From: Paraphysomonas bandaiensis | Taxonomy: Eukaryota > Protista > Chrysophyceae | DNA: 19,083 nt | Assembly (NCBI GenBank): GCA_965644295.1 | Contig: CBFFRP010000223.1 | Span: 1 to 19,083, forward strand | Reading direction: 5' to 3' | In this document: one piece after another, positions 1 to 10,141 of the stretch | Numbering within the stretch: position 1 is the stretch's first letter | How the letters are laid out: each line of letters starts with the position of its first letter | Position numbers and translations under genes: made by a program | The notes under the pieces: generated by a model | The model's database searches: none | What the model saw: the letters and a program-made list of their open reading frames with translations, nothing else | Told to the model about the DNA's origin: nothing

Positions 1-69
1 TAATACAGGACAAGTTAGCCACTAGCGGTAGGATAATTAATACAACTTACTCTGAGTACGTACTTACCG

Positions 70-583
70 TATTTCCCTCAACATAGTCGGATTCGAACCT
101 TTTCGTGGTGTTCTGGGAAATAAGTACCGGAGATATTTCTCCGGGAAACTAACGTGAGCCGCATATATAGTCAGCTGATTGTTCTGCCACTCATATCCGA
201 ATTTTTGTATTGTACAAGGAACACTAGTAAGTGTTAAGTGCTAAGTGTCACTTGTGTAGACTTCTTTGGGCCTTGACAAATAAAAAGGCATGTGGGAATC
301 GGGAATGGGCTCCATCGCAAGCCACAAGGGCGTCTGGGGTGTTGGGGTGATGCCTGGCATCTGTTGCCTTCAGGATTTTTGAGTCCTTAAGGTGAACAGC
401 CCGGATCAACATTCTGCTTGCTCACTGCATTTGCTTTGAGTAATAGAGTTAAAGCTGAAGTGGTTGCATCTTGCATCTTGGTGCTTGCGGTGTCACACAA
501 GCAGCATTCGTAGCGTTAAATAGTAGGATATCAGAGTTAAGCTAAATTAGTTCTGACTCTTAATCTAGTCCCTAGTCAAAAAT
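70..583 (+). mobile_element. Non-autonomous repeat element, copy A (head + body + hairpin tail), SINE-like or internally deleted LINE-like
   Basis: 118-542 aligns, with gaps, to the reverse complement of 17600-17933 (e.g. AATAAGTACCGGAGATATTTCTCCGGGAAACTAAC, AAGTGTCACTTGTGTAGAC, GGATATCAGAGTTAAGC). The head (74-135) matches the reverse complement of 18756-18817 ungapped, with 8 mismatches in 62 nt. The tail (458-530) matches the reverse complement of 17995-18060. Weaker similarity to copy B continues to ~583. Element class and strand are inferred. Confidence 0.8.
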
Positions 584-1596
584 ATCTTATTTACATTGTG
601 GCATACTCTGAGCTACATCAGCTATATCTACGTAAACTAAACACTGAAATATATACGGGATTATCATTCGCAAATGATTTAGAGTCAATCTAGGTGGCAA
701 TCCGGCGGCAACTTGAGCATAACCTAAGAATAGAATTTCTTACACGAGTGCTGATACCAGAATCATTGATTCCGTAGGCTAAGTGCAATTGTATTCGTCA
801 TATTCTATCGTAATATTTTGTGCATCTCATGTGTGACCTCAAGCGCTTGCGACGTCACCTTGAGTCGTTTTCATGAAATCACTACACTCAAACGCAAACA
901 CAAAGCTATCCCAGACACTTTCACACCAACTATCAGCGATTTGTTTTAGAAGTATTATGTTGTCTTCGTCAGCATTTGTACGCTGGACATCTACTTCTCG
1001 CTCTGAAAATGTCAAAATCTGTAATTTCAGTCCTGAGTGTGATATGAATTAATGGACAGAAATTACAGATTAGGATTTTATTCAAAGCTAGCCGTAGATG
1101 ATCAAGACAGATTGTGATACCATGCATATGATATACTGTCTAACACGAGGTATTTCTCGCAGTTGGTGTGAAGAAGGATAATTCATCTTAACTAAGTGTT
1201 TGCATATGCTACAGGTATGAACAGGCAGTATGGATTGCATATATATATGAGGTTGTGTAGATGTATATTTCAACGGCTAGTACATCCCTATTCCCCTACA
1301 CATTGTATTCTAGAATATACCATCACACTCTACCATATTTTTTCGATTTCGAATTTTCTGAGAATTTAAATTTTATAAAAGTGCCATAATCGAAGTCAAA
1401 ATCGTATCTTGAAAAGACACATCACCTGAAGTATGTGAAGTGACTCAATAAGGACCTGTCAAATTAGAACATCTCTCTTTCTAGTAGATAATGACAGAAT
1501 TTTGAACTCTATTGCCATAAATTGCTAGTTAAATTGGATGATTACATAACTATAGGCCACGATACAATCATAGTTGGTCCGACTATTCGTGATATA

Positions 1597-4500
1597 ATGA
1601 TGACCCCAGATTACTCAGAACAGATGATATTACTAGCTGATCTGTCGTTATCAACTACTTCTGTATCAGATTTATTCGAAGCCATTCGATGCTCTTTGAG
1701 TTGGCAGTATGGTGAAGATAGTGTAATAAGGTCAGTCATTTTATTCGCCACGTACTCATATATCTCTGTAATGATATTTACACTCATAGTTTGAAGGCTA
1801 TCATTCTTAGAAACCCCAAGCAAGCTTTCGTTTTTCTCGACAACACTAGTATTGCTGAGCGATTGGCTTCTGAACCGATGATTCATTTGTGAGTATAGAA
1901 TTCAAGTTAGGAATACATTTTTGATGTGATATGTAGGAGTGGTCCTTTGACTGCTAGCTTTAGTCGTGTAGGAGACAAACCCACTGAGTATATATTCATT
2001 CAGTCTGCACGAGATATTCAGCTCAGCTATACGATGAGAGATATCAAAGGAATATTAAAGGACCCTGATGATGCGTCAGCATCGTTTTCATGTTCTTTTT
2101 ACTGCCGTAGGTCGAGTATTATCATTAAGCTTCCTTCTTCAGAAGTGGCTGCGAATGTACAGCAGAAGTTGTCAACTGTGAGTGGGGTACAGTCATCTTG
2201 CATAGTGACTGCGGATCGCTTTACGTGCGTAGAATGTTTCTGGAACTCCACCATTACTCTTACTGAGGCAATGAATCGCCTTCGTCGTAGTGGGCAGAGT
2301 CTGTCTGGCCTAATAGGAGGCTTCCTCTGTCTGCTGGACGAGCAGCCGTGTATTGTGGACGTAACTGTCCTCACAAGGTCTACCCAGAGCACACGACACT
2401 CCTCTCCCGATCTTGTGCTTGTGTGCTGCACAGAGAATGACGCGGATATGGTCCGAGCCTGTGGGCGCATAGAATTAGGAATGATAGGAAGCATCAGTGT
2501 TGCTAGTACACATGATATGGAGGAGAGAGGAAGTGAAAAATCTGATGCCTCTGTGCTATCTTCAGAAGGTACTATCGATACAGCCCCTCTCGCTCACATT
2601 CCAACGCCTATTTCATCGTCCCGAGGGCCCTCTATTAAAGAGTGTTACGTCTTCTGGGATATGGAGAACTGTCCATTGAGTAGTGATGATGCTGTAACTG
2701 TTAACGGTAACCTTGATGACGCATTTAGTCAAGCTGTGGGATCGGGTTGGAACGTACGCCAAATTTCCAGTACTAAGTTGGTCTTCCTTGCCCACGACAC
2801 TAGTTCTGCCTACAAACCTACGTCTAAGCAACTCAACGACTTGGTGGATATGCAGTATCGCATTATTGGTTACGTCAAGCGTAGTGGTACGGATTCGGGC
2901 ATTAAAGGTGAGGTCGATGCCATGATTCGCCGCCATCGAGGTGACGAGACGAAGCCAGCTGTGTGTCTTGTGACCGGTGACTGGGACTTCGGCCCTATGC
3001 TGAATACTCTGTTAGCAGAAGGGTTCTGTGACACACTCTTGGTGCACAGTTCTGGGTCACGTAGTGGTATAGTTTCGCTGGCCCCAAAGGCCCTTCCTTG
3101 GTGTATGGTGCGACAACTGCATCGAATGTCCCAGCAGGATCGATCTTGTGCGCTCTCATTTAATTCAAATCACCCTAATTACGAGAGACTTTTTAAGAAA
3201 TGTATAGTGGAGGGTGAGGGTTCATCATTTAATGGTACTTCTAAAGGGCTCTCCAAAGGAGTGTCCATTACCAAGAGTATTCGTGTGTCTCGCTTTTCGA
3301 TGGCCGCTCACTTGAGTAATCTGATGAAGTGGAAGGAAGAGGAATCAGCTAATGGTGGTGCTGTTGCGGGGATAGAAGAAATTGATGACAGATGGGTGAA
3401 TTCTCATGCTGACCCTTGTCACATTGAGGTGTCCATTGACCGCGACAGACGGAAACAAAAAGTGGTCATCACAGGGAACAGTGAAGAGGTGGTGAAGGCC
3501 AAGTACGATTTTGTGGAATCTACTCTGAGTACCCTCACGCATAATAGAAAGGTTCTACGTATGCATGGCTGGAAAACGCACCACAGGGAGGCCATGATGG
3601 GGTCATTGCCACTGGGTATCAAGGCCCAGGCTTTTCGAACCACTGTTGTGTTCCACGTTACGGACGGCCATATAGTCTCTGAAATGATGTCGACAAGCGA
3701 GTCTGGTTTGGCCAAAATGACTGACTACCTAAAGAACTTGGAACCTACTGAAGCGGACTGGCAGTTTGATTCGAAACACCTTATTCCCGAACCGCGCGTC
3801 AGATTCTGGAACTCACTTCGTAACAAGTATGCTGTAATGTTCGACAAAGTACTAAAAAATGACAAGTTAAATGTGAAGGCCTGGGGATTTGGAAGTATGA
3901 TGGAAGAGGCATACAATGATGTTCTGGCTGCTTCACAAGGACGACCTGCTCCCTACACAACTGCTCCGGTGCTACAGCACCCTTCGAGGAATCGTGATGT
4001 AGGTGATGAGGGGGAGCCTATACACATTGCACTCTATAGCTTTAAGGACAAGGACGCCGGACTCTTCTATATGACATATGAAGATATGTTCCAGCGGTAC
4101 TTTACACACACCTATCGTGTGTCTGTGACGCCCATTTCTTCTCCAGCTGGAGCCAGTGGTGACACCGCTAACGCTATTAAAAATGGGTATCTAGTGGTGG
4201 ACATCAGGGGAAGACAAGAGGATATAGCTGCTACTACTAGGTATATGGACAGTATGAGGGGCAACATTAACTCCCACGAGGTATATCTGTCAAAAGTTGA
4301 CTCTAAAAAATATAAAGAAATCTGCGATCTAAAGGTATAGAGTGTTTGCCGTAGAATATACATCCTGTATACATGGTGCTCAAGCAGCTGTATGTGAATG
4401 TCCATGATGCGACGTCGTTAAATTAGTTTTTTGTCTAACTGGGTCGCTTTTACTACAGGACAGCTCACTTAGTGGTCAGGTTGCTGAGGCAATCAAAACG

Positions 4501-6427
4501 TCATCTGTTAATGAAGACCCACTCGATTGCCCTGGCCTTATATGCATTCGAGTTCGACCCTCCATGCACCCTAAAGGAGTAAAGTACGTATGATCATATT
4601 AGTCGTTGTCTTACCTGTGCTATCTTCTAATACTTGCTCTACATGTGCAGGAAAATGTCGTTTCCCACTGATGTTAGTGTGTTTGTCACCGAATCTGCTA
4701 ACACAGCTGCTCTTCACGGTAGCCGAGATGGCCGCTCCCCAAAGATGGAACGGATTTTACGCAAATTCAGCGATCTTGACCTTCCTTCTCTCCATCAAGA
4801 GTCCGGGTCGTATGAGCGCCACAGCGATGACAGCTCAAGTGCGACAGGCTTTGAGACTTCAGAAGATATGAAGCTCTGGTTGTCGTCTATGTCTCAGTCT
4901 TCCTCTCCGCATGCAGCATTCCGATCTCCAGGAAGTGAGCCATACAGCGAATTTTCCCTTCCTTCTCCCCGCCTCAGCTATACTGATGCAGTGAAAGCTA
5001 CTGGCCCTCCTGGAATCGCTGGACCTTCGCCGGAGTCTGCGCCTGTTGAGCCCGTATTTAAGAAGCCTGTGCATTGGCCGCATTCCTCCTTTCGGTACAT
5101 GTTTCTGGCGGAGAGTATGAAAACGCATATTCACTCTACTGTGGATCTAATTAAAAGCAAATTTGGGGAGTCTGTTACTGTCACGTGTCCTTATCGTACG
5201 TACCACTATATGTAAAGTATAAATATTTATTCATTTGTATCTGATAGGCGACAAAAAAGACGCTTCTGTATGCCTGCTTGTTGAAGGACCTCAAGAGGGT
5301 GTTGAATTTGGTGTCAGGGCTTTCGATGAGATGCTTGCACGTGTGCTGGAAGAGTTGAGCAGTGTCGAGGTTGTGTTGTCGGATCCTCAATATGACAAAC
5401 TCACAGCGATGGATCTTGCTACCGTCAAAGCCATCCAGGGTTCGGCAGGGGTACATATCATGTAAGTATACGCGCATTAGTGTTGCTTTGTGTACGCTGC
5501 GTTCGTTTTTCCTTTCTGTCACGATGCCTTCATAACTTCATGAAATAGGTTGACTCCGTCTGCCTCCGAATTGTCTGCTGCTCCCCGTACTGTGGACATG
5601 CGGACTCTGCAACCTCGATCCGTCTGTTCCTCTGATACTATATTAGCTCGTCTACCTAGCTTCAATAAGCGACATGTGAATTTATCTGTGATTTCCACAT
5701 CTGCTGATGCGGAAGGCTGGACATGGGGGGTTAATTGCTTATTTGTCATTTTGGAGAGAGATGACGACTGTGGATTGTCTCAGCAGGAGGCAGAGAAACT
5801 AAACCATGGTGAAGTGTTAGTGACCACAGACTTTGAAAGCGGCAAGACCATTCTCAGAGCACGAGCAGCTCCCGTGATGAGGGGTCACCACGATCCATCG
5901 ATGAGTACAGAACAGCTTTTAGTAAGCGTAATTGGTAGGGGCTTGGCCCAGGCTGATATCCTGGGCATGCCTGGAATAGCTATTGTAAGTGGAGATATAG
6001 ATGCAATGAATTTTCTGATGTTGCTTTATGACAGGTGACCCCTGATCTCCTCAATGCATTTGCATCTCTCTCTACAGAACGTATTCAAAGCCTTACCGTT
6101 TCGGCGGTGGTTGAGTACATTCGCACTCACCAAGTTTTCAATCTTGATCGCGTTGTATGTTTGGACGTCATCAGAAATGACACCTCGCCATTCAAGAGTA
6201 TGGTTCAATGCTCATATATGGCGGAGTCACTATGTCGAATAGTGAAAGACGTAAAGGATTGCTCTTTCCCAGTATGCAATGACCCGGTATGTTCCCTTTT
6301 ACTTGGATCTAAGGCCCCATCATCTAAGAATAACCGAGATGCATCTGTACACTCCCTTGTCCTTAAGGGCACAGAGCCTTGTCTGAATACCGCAATTGAC
6401 GAAGTCAAAGAAGCAATCACCGCATAA
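1597..6427 (+). CDS. Multi-exon gene (~1447 aa): RRM-like repeats + NYN (PIN-fold) ribonuclease + KH-like repeats + degenerate macrodomain
   Basis: Predicted exons: 1597-1730, 1790-1888, 1937-4334, 4459-4583, 4651-5195, 5248-5461, 5549-5984, 6035-6427. All introns are GT..AG and phases join ORFs 1522, 1926, 4634, 5235, 5550 and 6035 into one frame (4344 nt). NYN motifs: VFWDMENCP, KRSGTD, LVTGDWDFGPML. The 5' start is uncertain (an acceptor at 1555 could link to upstream exons). Confidence 0.8.
1620..2510 (+). other. N-terminal RRM-like repeats (2-3) of the NYN gene
   Basis: Spliced sequence MILLADL...LKAIILRNPKQAFVFLDNTSIAERLASEPMIHLSGPLTASFSR fits the RNP2/RNP1 (AFVxF..A) and 'G.pl.vsfs' RRM pattern. 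More divergent units follow: SSIIIKLPSSEVAANVQQKL and DLVLVCCTENDADMV..GRIELGMIGSISVAS. Confidence 0.5.
2643..3110 (+). other. NYN domain (MARF1/limkain-b1/LabA-DUF88 type), acidic catalytic residues present
   Basis: CYVFWDMENCP (D..N), YVKRSGTDSGI (D), CLVTGDWDFGPMLNTL (GDxD), and TLLVH...LVSLA-like..LPW at the C-terminal end. These match the canonical NYN motif order. Confidence 0.85.
5673..6170 (+). other. Degenerate macrodomain (spans intron 5985-6034)
   Basis: LNHGEVLVTTDFESGKTILRARAAP...EQLLVSVIGRGLAQADILGMPGIAIVTP...LSTERIQSLTVSAVVEYIRTHQVFNLDRVVCLDV follows the macrodomain pattern (GevvvT..G.L..k.IiHav.P...L...cL..A...g..SIAfP...L..V.fv). The GDI, NAAN, GGGV and GxxG loops are not recognisable. 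Confidence 0.6.
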
Positions 6428-7075
6428 CGTGGGGTATGTCGTGCAAGTGACACGTCAGGCCAACAACCCATCCCCGGCCGGTTGTTCAGTGAGCAACTTC
6501 GGCTAGTAGATAGCATAATAGTATTAGTGCTGCGCGCGTATTTAGGTTTCTCGTTTCACAACAATCGCTGTATATAACATTGTGCAGCAGAATAACTTTA
6601 TATTCATCTCACAGCATCACCGTTTTTTTGAATGAGTTGCTATCATGTTTTTTGACTTGACGTCGCATACATTGTTTTGACATGATTAGCACTTCGTTTA
6701 CTTCGCAGCTTTTAATTTTTATTATTTCATGGCACTATAAAGAATTGTAACCTTAATAATACAGCTAAATTTATATAGCATCGATGATACAAATTATTCT
6801 GCAGCTAGTATGAGTGTTCTGTTGAACCCAGTTTGGGTCAAAAAAGGAGTTAATTAATTAGTAGTACTGTAGTTAGTTAAGCAAGGAAGAACATTTACAT
6901 CTCTTGGGTGAAAATTGGAACTGCCACGGAGTGAAGCCTCCCTGTGGGAGGGTAGAAAAGGTTTGCTTCCTTCTCCTCTCATAGTTCTTTCACCGTGTTT
7001 ATGGCAATAATTGTGAAGTCAGGAGTATGCATTTGTACTTACACATTACATTGTCTATGCAAAGTGAAAAAATAA

Positions 7076-7172
7076 CGATAAGTAGTAGTGAATGTCTGAT
7101 TATTTAGCAATAGGCGTTGAGACCTTGCATCAATTAGTGGCTAGAAGAATGCTAGTCATTCGATAAGTAGTA
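7076..7172 (-). mobile_element. 73-nt insertion (7088-7160) related to the repeat family's 3' end, flanked by a 12-bp direct repeat (TSD)
   Basis: CGATAAGTAGTA occurs at 7076-7087 and 7161-7172. 7083-7115 (TAGTAGTGAATGTCTGATTATTTAGCAATAGGC) is nearly identical to 17523-17554, the distal end of copy B. Confidence 0.65.
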
Positions 7173-7541
7173 AACTGTAGCCAGTTTTAGTGCCATTACG
7201 TAAAGTAACATTACTCACACATAGCATGACCCTAGACATTAGAAACATTTCATATGAGAGGAACAGCAGGTCATGAATAGCGGTCGTAATATAGAATCAC
7301 AATGAATTATCAGTATCCTAAACTACTGTCACTGATGTACACAGTGGTAATTATACATTCAGGAAATTCGGCAAAAAAATATCGTATAATGGTCCTTCGA
7401 AAAAAAAATTTAACTTCCTTCCCGTACTTCAAAATGAATAAAGAATTAATATATTACATTATACACAAATACAGTACACATGCTATTAACAATGTCACAC
7501 ACTGAGGTTAATATATAAATACTAACGACGTTGTCGTCAAT

Positions 7542-10141
7542 TTAAAGTGATTTAAATGTATAAACGAACCGCTCCTGGTCATGGTCACTTGGGATAATGC
7601 TAAGAATGTGCGTATGATAAGCACGAAGAGACGCCCTGTGGCCTACAAATAAAATAACAATGATGCACCACCCTAACAATTCAAACCATGAGTACCTACT
7701 GATAGTACGGTCGGAACAGCATCAATCAGACTAGCATAGAGCTGCCTCTCCATTTCTTCGTCAAGAGCACTTGTTGCTTCGTCTAGACACACCTACATCA
7801 TGATATTTGACATACATATAGGTTGTAGATTAGACATAAACCCACCATACTAGGAGAGGCGTACAAAGCTCGAGCAATAGCAATTCTCTGCTTCTCACCC
7901 CCAGATAGAGAATCTGGCGAGACTGTCCTCTGGGACCTTTTAAGGCAATCCAGTCCTGTTCTAGATATGATATCGGTCATTCTACTAAGAGAATCTCCAC
8001 CAGTTGGAAGCGTGGAGGGGTAACATATGTTATCTTCAACTGAACCCTAAATGTGTCAGGGTCATATTCATATCAATAGCAGGCGTTTGTCCGCAAACAG
8101 TGTCGCGATTCGATGGATGGACATACAGTGAAACACAAGCATGAGGCTACCTGTACAATATAGCACTGCTGTGGAACGAACACAATTTCTTCTTTACTAC
8201 ATGAAAAAAACACTCCGCTGCCATCACCCTGGCAACTGTATACGGGTGTTACAGATGAGTCTATCCAAAGTCCAGCCAGTATCCTGAGGAAGCTGGTCTA
8301 TACATTCATGTCAGAAAACCACTCGACAATAGAAGTAAGACTTCTCGTGCATGAATTATATAGATGCAGCCAATCGATATGCAAAGAAATATTCCCTACC
8401 TTCCCACATCCAGATGGTCCACTCAAAAGAACTCTCATGCCTGTACAGTCGACACAGTGAAAATAGATACCTATGCAATGCCCAGTGCAACGACTACCAC
8501 ACAGACAATGGCTATTAGCAAAATACAGATGCGTTACCTGAGCTTATCTGGAATGTCAAGTTTTCCAATAACACTTTGTTCGGTGCATTGTTTACAGATG
8601 GTACTTTCAACGCCAAGTTGTGCACAGACAATACTCGAGAGTTCTCTCTTGCAGTAATTAAATCAGATCCGCTCAACTCAGCCCTGGAGGTGAGCTGTAT
8701 AGTCCCCCCATCAAACCTACGAGCGTCGTGTGTATGTAGATGACGTGTGTCATTTCGAGGGGACGATACATCGTCCCCTACTGTTAGGCCATTACACTCC
8801 ACGTCCATCTGATCGGTATCAACACACTTCTGGCCGGAAGACAACTTGACATATCCTTGGCGAGACACTGGCGTCGCAAATATAGCCCTAAAAGATTCCC
8901 TACCCACTACATCCCATAATCCTGGTTTATTCTTCCATACTTCATTACGCGTGCTACCACCATGACTATTACAAACACGTACGTGACCACCACAGGTAGT
9001 TCTTTTGCTGCTATTGTTTACAACTGCATATGAACTGCTCATATTCGCCACATCACTGTCAGACACCCCACAGGCCCGTATTAACTCACATACACGGGCT
9101 GCCAAAGCCACACCCTCGGATATACCCTCGTACGTTCCCAGAAGGGTAGAGAAGGCGCTGATAAGGGACAAGCAAGCATACGAACCTTCAGCTAATAAAG
9201 ATGCGAGATCAGAAGATGATTGATCTGAATTTCGAGAGCGGGATATATACAATACCGACAGACCAACGACAGCATAATTCACTGTGTATGTCTGTTAGAG
9301 CATTCCCTAAATATATGATACGAAGATCGATTGAGGTATGCTTACCTATGGACCCCAAGTAACTAAACCAGTTAACAATGAGGTAGAGTGGCAACTGAGC
9401 ACTTATTATATCCGAAATCTTTCCTACTAATTCTTTAAAAGCCCCTGTCACCCTTTGTGCCTCTTGCCTTTCCCCTCTAAGCATAGATATTGACTCTGCA
9501 AACAGCTTCAACTTCACGTGCAGGAGTCTAAACTCTCCTTCTAAGGCCTCCTGTTCATACACCAGGGGGACTAATTTACGGGCCTGTAGGTATGTACACA
9601 CTGAGCCCACTACGAAGTATAACACACAAGCTACAGGAGCAATAAACCCAACTTTATACCACAGATACACAGAATAAAATGCTATTACGCCAGGGATAGC
9701 GACAATGTCACCCAGTACAGTTGCACACTGATTCGTTAGTCGAAATAAATCCTGTGTGATTCTCTGATCAGGATTATCTACACTTACACCATCACACACT
9801 TTATAAATAATTCCATCTGGTAGAACATAACAACTGTGAATGAAGTTGACAAGTTGTTGTCGCCATTGTAATGCACATACTTCTAAATAATAAGTTTTCA
9901 ATGATTTGAGTAATGCTACAACTGATATGACTAAAACAGACATCCACAAACACTTCACAAGTAAGTTGAAGTCTTGACTGGATACTGCATAATAAAATTT
10001 TGATATAACACTCATTATAGCGATTGAACTGATCTCAAATATGAGTGATATTACTATGAATGTGAGGATGTTGTATATCTTCCAGGTGCCTGTTATTTCA
10101 TACTTTAAACATACCCTAGCGACCATCTGTAGATCCTCCAT
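7542..10141 (-). CDS. ABCD4: ABC transporter subfamily D half-transporter, ABCD4-like (lysosomal cobalamin transporter type), ~708 aa
   Basis: Predicted exons (minus): 10141-9346, 9281-8538, 8440-8400, 8297-8151, 8046-7846, 7792-7696, 7642-7542, all GT..AG and in phase (2127 nt). Motifs: DNPDQRITQD, EAA-region EQEALEGEFR, Walker A GPSGCGK|TS, Q-loop FVPQ, signature LSGGEKQR, Walker B/D-loop VCLDEATSALD, H-loop SVGHR. YLGSIVNY and the short N-terminus resemble ABCD4 rather than ABCD1-3. Confidence 0.88.

Noticed and set aside
89-99. Perfect Pol III B-box (GGTTCGAATCC) on the minus strand, suggesting a tRNA or tRNA-derived SINE head
   Set aside because: There is no T-stem, cloverleaf or A-box. 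It is degenerate in copy C (GGTGCGAGTCC) and antisense to the orientation implied by copy C's ORF. It would matter only if the element orientation is the reverse of my inference.
70-542. Helitron, MITE or hammerhead-retrozyme interpretation of the repeat
   Set aside because: There is no CTRR terminus after the hairpin (homology continues past it), no terminal inverted repeats within a copy, and no CTGANGA..GAAA hammerhead core.
957-1555. Possible additional 5' coding exons of the NYN gene (ATG at 957, several GT/AG sites)
   Set aside because: I could not build a stop-free spliced frame linking them to exon 1556/1597. Left unresolved, possibly 5' UTR.
6911-6931. AAAATTGGAAC matches U6 snRNA
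   Set aside because: Only 11 nt match. There is no ACAGAGA box, AGC triad/ISL or U-rich end.
6918-6987. SECIS-like ATGA...AAA hairpin on the minus strand
   Set aside because: It lacks the 3' GA of the quartet, and the upstream ABCD4-like CDS has no in-frame TGA.
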